This document shows, in pieces, positions 55,782 to 64,000 of a stretch of DNA of 64,000 bases. The position numbers and the translations under genes are program-made. Under the pieces are notes generated by a model. The model saw only the letters and a list, made by a program, of their open reading frames with translations. It did not search any database and was not told the DNA's origin. Source of the DNA: Escherichia coli (GTDB taxonomy: Bacteria > Pseudomonadota > Gammaproteobacteria > Enterobacterales > Enterobacteriaceae); assembly GCF_044324785.1 (NCBI RefSeq), contig NZ_CP172127.1; one strand, written 5' to 3'. Each line of letters begins with the position of its first letter. Position 1 is the stretch's first letter.

Positions 55782-57604
55782 GCGCAATTTCCCTGATCAA
55801 TAGCGGCGTGGCGTGGTTTGTCGCCGCCGCTGTTCTGGCATTTCTCTTTTCTTTTCAAAAGGCGCTAAGCGGCTGGATAGCCGGAATTGGCGGCGCGGTT
55901 GGTAGCCTGTATACGGCAGCCGCGGGCTTTACTGTGCTGACTGGCGCGGTTGGCGTGAGCGGTGCGCTGTCGCTGGTAAGCTACGATGTGCAAATCTCTC
56001 CGCTTAACGCGATTTGGCTGATTACGCTCGGTCTGTGCGGTCTGTTTGTCAGCCTCTACAACATTGACTGGCATCGCCACGCGCAGGTGAAGTGCAACGG
56101 CTTGCAGATCAATATGTTGATGGCTGCCGCCGTCTGCGCCGTCATCGCCAGCAACCTCGGCATGTTCGTGGTAATGGCTGAAATCATGGCCCTGTGCGCG
56201 GTGTTCCTTACCAGCAACAGCAAAGAGGGCAAACTGTGGTTTGCGCTGGGGCGTCTTGGCACTCTGCTGCTGGCGATTGCCTGCTGGCTGCTGTGGCAGC
56301 GTTACGGCACGCTGGATCTGCGCCTGCTGGATATGCGTATGCAACAGCTGCCGCTCGGTTCCGATATCTGGCTGCTCGGTGTGATTGGCTTTGGCCTGCT
56401 GGCCGGGATTATTCCGCTGCACGGCTGGGTGCCGCAGGCACATGCGAACGCCTCTGCGCCAGCTGCCGCGTTGTTTTCTACGGTAGTCATGAAAATTGGC
56501 CTGCTGGGCATTTTAACCCTGTCGCTGCTGGGCGGTAATGCACCGCTGTGGTGGGGGATCGCGCTGCTGGTGCTCGGCATGATCACCGCGTTCGTCGGTG
56601 GTCTGTATGCGTTGATGGAACATAATATCCAACGTCTGCTGGCTTACCACACCCTGGAGAATATCGGCATTATCCTGCTGGGGCTGGGCGCTGGCGTAAC
56701 GGGTATCGCGCTCGAACAACCGGCGCTGATTGCCCTTGGTCTGGTCGGTGGTCTGTACCATCTGCTTAACCATAGCCTGTTCAAAAGCGTACTGTTCCTC
56801 GGGGCGGGGAGCGTCTGGTTCCGTACCGGGCATCGCGATATCGAAAAACTCGGTGGCATTGGCAAGAAAATGCCGGTTATCTCCATCGCCATGTTAGTCG
56901 GGCTGATGGCAATGGCTGCGCTGCCGCCGCTGAACGGGTTTGCCGGGGAATGGGTTATCTATCAATCCTTCTTCAAACTGAGCAATAGTGGCGCGTTTGT
57001 TGCCCGTCTGCTGGGGCCGCTGCTCGCTGTGGGGCTGGCAATTACCGGTGCGCTGGCAGTGATGTGTATGGCGAAAGTCTATGGCGTCACGTTCCTCGGC
57101 GCGCCGCGTACCAAAGAAGCCGAAAACGCCACCAGTGCGCCGCTCCTGATGAGCGTAAGCGTGGTGGCACTGGCGATTTGCTGCGTAATTGGCGGTGTTG
57201 CTGCGCCGTGGCTGCTGCCGATGCTCTCTGCTGCTGTACCTCTGCCGCTGGAGCCTGCTAACACCACCGTTTCTCAACCCATGATCACGTTGCTGCTGAT
57301 TGCCTGCCCGCTGCTGCCATTCATCATTATGGCGATTTGCAAAGGCGATCGTTTGCCGTCGCGTTCCCGCGGTGCGGCCTGGGTGTGCGGCTACGACCAT
57401 GAAAAATCAATGGTGATTACTGCTCACGGTTTTGCCATGCCGGTGAAACAGGCGTTTGCGCCAGTGCTGAAACTGCGCAAATGGCTGAATCCGGTGTCGC
57501 TGGTACCGGGCTGGCAGTGCGAGGGGAGTGCGTTGCTGTTTCGCCGGATGGCGCTGGTTGAACTGGCGGTACTGGTGGTGATTATTGTTTCACGAGGAGC
57601 CTGA
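55778..57604 (+). CDS. hycC: FHL membrane subunit HycC (NuoL/antiporter-like)
   Basis: 608-aa polytopic membrane ORF. Confidence 0.95.
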   Translation: MSAISLINSGVAWFVAAAVLAFLFSFQKALSGWIAGIGGAVGSLYTAAAGFTVLTGAVGVSGALSLVSYDVQISPLNAIWLITLGLCGLFVSLYNIDWHRHAQVKCNGLQINMLMAAAVCAVIASNLGMFVVMAEIMALCAVFLTSNSKEGKLWFALGRLGTLLLAIACWLLWQRYGTLDLRLLDMRMQQLPLGSDIWLLGVIGFGLLAGIIPLHGWVPQAHANASAPAAALFSTVVMKIGLLGILTLSLLGGNAPLWWGIALLVLGMITAFVGGLYALMEHNIQRLLAYHTLENIGIILLGLGAGVTGIALEQPALIALGLVGGLYHLLNHSLFKSVLFLGAGSVWFRTGHRDIEKLGGIGKKMPVISIAMLVGLMAMAALPPLNGFAGEWVIYQSFFKLSNSGAFVARLLGPLLAVGLAITGALAVMCMAKVYGVTFLGAPRTKEAENATSAPLLMSVSVVALAICCVIGGVAAPWLLPMLSAAVPLPLEPANTTVSQPMITLLLIACPLLPFIIMAICKGDRLPSRSRGAAWVCGYDHEKSMVITAHGFAMPVKQAFAPVLKLRKWLNPVSLVPGWQCEGSALLFRRMALVELAVLVVIIVSRGA

Positions 57605-57606
57605 GA

Positions 57607-58530
57607 ATGAGTGTTTTATATCCGTTAATTCAGGCGCTGGTGTTATTTGCCGTTGCGCCGCTGCTCTCCGGTATAACCCGCGTGGCGCGCGCCCGCTTGC
57701 ATAACCGTCGCGGGCCGGGCGTGTTGCAGGAGTATCGCGACATTATCAAACTGCTGGGTCGCCAGAGCGTTGGCCCGGATGCCTCCGGCTGGGTGTTCCG
57801 CCTGACGCCGTATGTGATGGTGGGCGTCATGCTGACTATCGCTACTGCGCTGCCGGTGGTGACCGTTGGTTCTCCGCTGCCGCAGCTGGGCGATTTGATC
57901 ACTTTACTGTATCTCTTTGCCATCGCGCGTTTCTTCTTTGCCATTTCTGGTCTGGATACCGGTAGCCCGTTTACCGCTATCGGCGCGAGCCGTGAAGCGA
58001 TGCTTGGCGTGCTGGTCGAACCGATGCTGCTGCTTGGTCTGTGGGTTGCGGCGCAGGTTGCCGGTTCCACCAACATCAGCAACATCACCGACACCGTTTA
58101 TCACTGGCCGCTGAGCCAGAGCATCCCGCTGGTGCTGGCGCTTTGTGCCTGTGCGTTCGCCACTTTTATCGAAATGGGCAAACTGCCGTTCGACCTGGCG
58201 GAAGCCGAGCAGGAGTTGCAGGAAGGTCCGCTCTCTGAATACAGCGGCAGCGGCTTTGGCGTCATGAAATGGGGTATCAGCCTGAAACAGCTGGTGGTGT
58301 TGCAGATGTTCGTCGGGGTGTTTATTCCGTGGGGACAAATGGAAACCTTCACCGCCGGTGGGCTGCTGCTGGCGCTGGTGATTGCCATCGTCAAACTGGT
58401 GGTTGGCGTCCTGGTTATCGCGCTGTTCGAAAACAGCATGGCCCGTCTGCGTCTTGATATTACTCCGCGCATTACCTGGGCTGGGTTTGGCTTTGCATTT
58501 TTAGCGTTCGTCTCCTTGCTGGCGGCGTGA
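57607..58530 (+). CDS. hycD: FHL membrane subunit HycD (NuoH-like)
   Basis: 307-aa membrane ORF. Confidence 0.95.
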   Translation: MSVLYPLIQALVLFAVAPLLSGITRVARARLHNRRGPGVLQEYRDIIKLLGRQSVGPDASGWVFRLTPYVMVGVMLTIATALPVVTVGSPLPQLGDLITLLYLFAIARFFFAISGLDTGSPFTAIGASREAMLGVLVEPMLLLGLWVAAQVAGSTNISNITDTVYHWPLSQSIPLVLALCACAFATFIEMGKLPFDLAEAEQELQEGPLSEYSGSGFGVMKWGISLKQLVVLQMFVGVFIPWGQMETFTAGGLLLALVIAIVKLVVGVLVIALFENSMARLRLDITPRITWAGFGFAFLAFVSLLAA

Positions 58531-58547
58531 TTAAAGAGAGTTTGAGC

Positions 58548-60257
58548 ATGTCTGAAGAAAAATTAGGTCAACATTATCTCGCCGCGCTGAATGAGGCATT
58601 TCCGGGCGTCGTGCTGGACCACGCCTGGCAGACCAAAGATCAGCTGACCGTGACCGTGAAGGTGAACTACCTGCCGGAAGTGGTGGAGTTTCTCTACTAC
58701 AAGCAGGGGGGCTGGCTGTCGGTGCTGTTTGGTAACGATGAACGCAAACTGAATGGTCATTACGCCGTTTACTACGTGCTGTCGATGGAGAAGGGCACGA
58801 AGTGTTGGGTAACGGTTCGCGTTGAAGTTGACGCCAACAAACCGGAATATCCGTCCGTGACGCCGCGCGTTCCGGCGGCGGTGTGGGGCGAGCGCGAAGT
58901 GCGCGATATGTACGGTTTGATTCCGGTTGGTCTGCCGGATGAACGTCGTCTGGTGCTGCCGGATGACTGGCCGGATGAACTTTATCCGCTGCGTAAAGAC
59001 AGCATGGATTATCGTCAACGTCCGGCACCGACTACCGATGCTGAAACCTACGAGTTCATCAACGAACTGGGCGACAAGAAAAACAACGTCGTGCCGATTG
59101 GTCCGCTGCATGTCACTTCTGACGAACCGGGTCACTTCCGTCTGTTCGTCGATGGCGAAAATATTATCGACGCCGACTACCGCCTGTTCTACGTCCATCG
59201 CGGCATGGAAAAACTGGCGGAAACCCGTATGGGGTACAACGAAGTGACCTTCCTCTCTGACCGTGTGTGCGGGATCTGCGGCTTTGCTCACAGCACCGCC
59301 TACACCACGTCGGTGGAAAACGCGATGGGTATTCAGGTGCCAGAACGTGCGCAGATGATCCGCGCCATTCTGTTGGAGGTGGAACGCCTGCACTCGCATC
59401 TGCTCAACCTCGGCCTCGCCTGTCACTTTACCGGCTTCGACTCCGGCTTTATGCAGTTCTTCCGCGTGCGTGAAACCTCCATGAAAATGGCAGAGATCCT
59501 TACCGGTGCACGTAAAACCTACGGCCTGAACCTGATCGGCGGGATTCGTCGCGATCTGCTGAAAGACGACATGATCCAGACCCGCCAGCTGGCACAACAG
59601 ATGCGTCGTGAAGTGCAGGAGCTGGTGGATGTGCTGCTGAGCACACCGAACATGGAGCAGCGTACTGTCGGCATTGGTCGTCTGGACCCGGAAATCGCCC
59701 GCGATTTCAGTAACGTTGGCCCGATGGTCCGCGCCAGCGGTCACGCCCGCGATACCCGTGCCGATCACCCGTTTGTTGGTTATGGCCTTCTGCCAATGGA
59801 AGTCCACAGCGAGCAGGGCTGCGACGTTATTTCGCGTCTGAAAGTGCGTATCAACGAAGTCTATACCGCGCTGAACATGATCGACTACGGTCTGGATAAC
59901 CTGCCGGGTGGCCCGCTGATGGTGGAAGGCTTTACCTACATTCCGCACCGCTTTGCGCTGGGCTTTGCCGAAGCGCCGCGCGGCGACGATATCCACTGGA
60001 GCATGACCGGCGACAACCAGAAGCTGTACCGCTGGCGCTGCCGTGCCGCGACCTACGCGAACTGGCCGACCCTGCGCTACATGCTGCGCGGCAACACCGT
60101 TTCCGATGCGCCGCTGATTATCGGTAGCCTGGACCCTTGCTACTCCTGTACCGACCGCATGACCGTGGTCGATGTGCGTAAGAAGAAGAGCAAAGTGGTG
60201 CCGTACAAAGAACTCGAGCGTTACAGCATTGAGCGTAAAAACTCGCCGCTGAAATAA
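58548..60257 (+). CDS. hycE: Hydrogenase 3 large subunit HycE
   Basis: 569 aa from MSEEKLGQ; RVCGICGFAHS and DPCYSCTDR NiFe ligand motifs. Confidence 0.96.
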   Translation: MSEEKLGQHYLAALNEAFPGVVLDHAWQTKDQLTVTVKVNYLPEVVEFLYYKQGGWLSVLFGNDERKLNGHYAVYYVLSMEKGTKCWVTVRVEVDANKPEYPSVTPRVPAAVWGEREVRDMYGLIPVGLPDERRLVLPDDWPDELYPLRKDSMDYRQRPAPTTDAETYEFINELGDKKNNVVPIGPLHVTSDEPGHFRLFVDGENIIDADYRLFYVHRGMEKLAETRMGYNEVTFLSDRVCGICGFAHSTAYTTSVENAMGIQVPERAQMIRAILLEVERLHSHLLNLGLACHFTGFDSGFMQFFRVRETSMKMAEILTGARKTYGLNLIGGIRRDLLKDDMIQTRQLAQQMRREVQELVDVLLSTPNMEQRTVGIGRLDPEIARDFSNVGPMVRASGHARDTRADHPFVGYGLLPMEVHSEQGCDVISRLKVRINEVYTALNMIDYGLDNLPGGPLMVEGFTYIPHRFALGFAEAPRGDDIHWSMTGDNQKLYRWRCRAATYANWPTLRYMLRGNTVSDAPLIIGSLDPCYSCTDRMTVVDVRKKKSKVVPYKELERYSIERKNSPLK

Positions 60258-60266
60258 GGAATCGCC

Positions 60267-60809
60267 ATGTTTACCTTTATCAAAAAAGTTATCAAAACCG
60301 GCACGGCGACCTCGTCTTATCCGCTGGAGCCGATTGCGGTTGATAAAAACTTCCGTGGTAAGCCAGAGCAGAACCCGCAGCAGTGCATCGGCTGCGCGGC
60401 CTGCGTCAATGCCTGCCCGTCAAACGCCTTAACGGTTGAAACCGACCTCGCCACAGGAGAGCTTGCGTGGGAGTTCAATCTTGGACGCTGCATCTTCTGT
60501 GGACGCTGCGAAGAAGTCTGCCCGACGGCGGCGATCAAACTGTCGCAAGAGTACGAACTGGCGGTGTGGAAGAAAGAAGATTTCCTGCAACAGTCTCGCT
60601 TCGCGCTGTGCAACTGCCGCGTCTGCAATCGTCCTTTTGCCGTCCAGAAAGAGATCGACTACGCCATTGCGCTGCTTAAGCACAATGGTGACAGCCGCGC
60701 GGAAAACCACCGCGAAAGCTTTGAGACTTGCCCGGAATGTAAGCGCCAGAAATGCCTGGTGCCGTCCGACCGTATTGAACTGACTCGCCATATGAAAGAG
60801 GCCATCTGA
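60267..60809 (+). CDS. hycF: FHL iron-sulfur subunit HycF
   Basis: 180 aa; two 4Fe-4S ferredoxin motifs. Confidence 0.95.
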   Translation: MFTFIKKVIKTGTATSSYPLEPIAVDKNFRGKPEQNPQQCIGCAACVNACPSNALTVETDLATGELAWEFNLGRCIFCGRCEEVCPTAAIKLSQEYELAVWKKEDFLQQSRFALCNCRVCNRPFAVQKEIDYAIALLKHNGDSRAENHRESFETCPECKRQKCLVPSDRIELTRHMKEAI

Positions 60810-61576
60810 TGAGCAATTTATTAGGCCCCCGTGACGCCAACGGCATTCCGGTCCCGATGACGGTGGATGAATCCATCGCCAGCATGAAGGCGTCGTTACT
60901 GAAAAAAATCAAACGTTCTGCCTACGTTTACCGCGTGGACTGCGGCGGCTGCAACGGCTGCGAAATCGAAATTTTCGCCACGCTTTCGCCGCTGTTTGAT
61001 GCAGAACGCTTCGGCATTAAAGTCGTTCCTTCACCGCGTCATGCGGATATTTTACTGTTTACCGGCGCGGTCACCCGTGCAATGCGATCCCCTGCGCTGC
61101 GTGCGTGGCAGTCCGCGCCGGACCCGAAAATCTGTATCTCCTACGGTGCCTGCGGTAACAGTGGCGGGATCTTCCATGATCTCTACTGCGTGTGGGGCGG
61201 TACGGATAAAATCGTCCCGGTAGATGTCTACATCCCTGGCTGCCCGCCAACGCCTGCCGCCACGCTGTACGGCTTTGCGATGGCGCTCGGCCTGCTGGAG
61301 CAGAAAATCCACGCTCGTGGGCCGGGTGAACTGGATGAACAACCGGCGGAGATCCTGCATGGCGATATGGTGCAGCCGCTGCGTGTGAAAGTGGATCGCG
61401 AAGCACGCCGCCTCGCGGGTTATCGTTACGGTCGTCAGATTGCCGATGACTTCCTGACACAGTTAGGGCAGGGCGAAGAACAGGTTGCACGCTGGCTGGA
61501 AGCGGAAAACGATCCGCGTCTGAACGAGATTGTCAGCCATCTGAATCATGTTGTTGAAGAGGCGCGTATCCGATGA
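60809..61576 (+). CDS. hycG: Hydrogenase 3 small subunit HycG (NuoB-like)
   Basis: 255-aa ORF; CGGCNGC motif. Confidence 0.95.
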   Translation: MSNLLGPRDANGIPVPMTVDESIASMKASLLKKIKRSAYVYRVDCGGCNGCEIEIFATLSPLFDAERFGIKVVPSPRHADILLFTGAVTRAMRSPALRAWQSAPDPKICISYGACGNSGGIFHDLYCVWGGTDKIVPVDVYIPGCPPTPAATLYGFAMALGLLEQKIHARGPGELDEQPAEILHGDMVQPLRVKVDREARRLAGYRYGRQIADDFLTQLGQGEEQVARWLEAENDPRLNEIVSHLNHVVEEARIR

Positions 61577-61983
61577 GTGAAAAGGTGGTGTTCAGTCAAC
61601 TGAGCCGTAAATTTATTGATGAGAACGATGCCACGCCCGCCGAGGCGCAGCAGGTGGTCTATTACAGCCTGGCGATTGGTCACCACCTTGGGGTTATCGA
61701 TTGCCTGGAAGCGGCGCTCACCTGTCCGTGGGATGAATATCTGGCATGGATTGCCACTCTGGAGGCGGGCAGCGAAGCCCGCCGCAAAATGGAAGGCGTG
61801 CCGAAATATGGTGAGATCGTCATCGACATTAACCATGTGCCGATGCTGGCCAACGCATTCGATAAAGCCCGGGCAGCGCAAACTTCGCAGCAGAAGGAAT
61901 GGAGTACAATGCTGTTAAGTATGCTGCATGATATTCATCAGGAAAACGCCATCTATTTGATGGTGAGGAGATTGCGTGACTGA
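61573..61983 (+). CDS. hycH: FHL maturation protein HycH
   Basis: 136-aa ORF; overlaps hycG end. Confidence 0.92.
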   Translation: MSEKVVFSQLSRKFIDENDATPAEAQQVVYYSLAIGHHLGVIDCLEAALTCPWDEYLAWIATLEAGSEARRKMEGVPKYGEIVIDINHVPMLANAFDKARAAQTSQQKEWSTMLLSMLHDIHQENAIYLMVRRLRD

Positions 61984-62446
61984 CGTTTTACTCTGTGTTG
62001 GCAATAGCATGATGGGCGATGATGGCGCAGGCCCGCTACTGGCGGAAAAGTGCGCCGCCGCGCCGAAAGGTAACTGGGTGGTGATTGACGGCGGTAGCGC
62101 ACCGGAAAACGACATCGTCGCTATCCGTGAACTGCGCCCTACACGACTGCTGATTGTCGATGCCACGGATATGGGGCTAAACCCCGGTGAGATCCGTATC
62201 ATCGATCCGGATGATATCGCCGAGATGTTTATGATGACTACCCATAACATGCCGTTGAACTACCTTATCGACCAGTTAAAAGAAGACATTGGCGAAGTGA
62301 TTTTCCTCGGCATCCAGCCGGATATCGTCGGCTTTTACTACCCGATGACCCAGCCGATTAAAGATGCGGTAGAAACCGTTTATCAACGACTGGAAGGCTG
62401 GGAAGGGAATGGCGGATTCGCGCAGTTAGCGGTGGAAGAAGAGTAG
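61976..62446 (+). CDS. hycI: Hydrogenase 3 maturation endopeptidase HycI
   Basis: 156-aa ORF; overlaps hycH end. Confidence 0.93.
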   Translation: MTDVLLCVGNSMMGDDGAGPLLAEKCAAAPKGNWVVIDGGSAPENDIVAIRELRPTRLLIVDATDMGLNPGEIRIIDPDDIAEMFMMTTHNMPLNYLIDQLKEDIGEVIFLGIQPDIVGFYYPMTQPIKDAVETVYQRLEGWEGNGGFAQLAVEEE

Positions 62447-62515
62447 TTTTTCAATAAGTAATCAGGACAGGGACGTTCTTGATGAGGGAATCAGAACTGA
62501 TAGCAAACCCCAGAT

Positions 62516-62542
62516 TGCCCGATGCGCAACGCTTATCGGGCT
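62516..62542. terminator. Putative bidirectional terminator hairpin between hycI and ascB
   Basis: gcccgat...atcgggc inverted repeat in the convergent intergenic region. Confidence 0.45.
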
Positions 62543-62568
62543 TTCCTGGTTAGTGCGACAGTAGTTAC

Positions 62569-63999
<1,431 letters not shown>

Positions 64000-64000
64000 C

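Overview
This window reads as an Escherichia coli chromosomal segment (reverse-complement of the K-12 map order) running ygcG-queE through ascB. All gene names and comparisons to K-12 are from memory of protein families, not from a database search. In order: CRISPR array with 10 repeats plus a decayed 3-repeat remnant; the ygc/yqc cluster (ygcE, yqcE, ygcWUSRQ, ygcPON); queD; cysJIH; a HokE-like toxin ORF missing from the ORF track; a complete type I-E cas operon (cas3, casABCDE, cas1, cas2) with its own 12-repeat array; iap; cysDNC; ygbE-ftsB-ispDF-truD-surE-pcm-nlpD-rpoS; a mutS-rpoS variable island (MarR-like regulator, UbiX/UbiD-type decarboxylase genes, pphB, a low-GC secreted-protein ORF); mutS; ygbA; a di-Mop protein; fhlA; hypEDCBA; hycABCDEFGHI; ascB. 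No rRNA, tRNA, IS element or prophage gene was recognised. The most interesting observations are: (1) the ygc/yqc cluster looks like an uncharacterised ETF-coupled catabolic system, with mirror-image hairpin+U-tract attenuators and two CRP-like sites in its divergent control region, plausibly targets of the GlpP-like antiterminator YgcP; (2) casC (Cas7e) carries an in-frame TAA at codon 83, which would inactivate Cascade; (3) an intact hok-family toxin gene sits between cysH and cas3; (4) a decayed repeat-spacer-repeat unit lies on the opposite strand between cas3 and casA; (5) the cas operon appears mosaic, with cas1-cas2 K-12-like and cas3-casE divergent.
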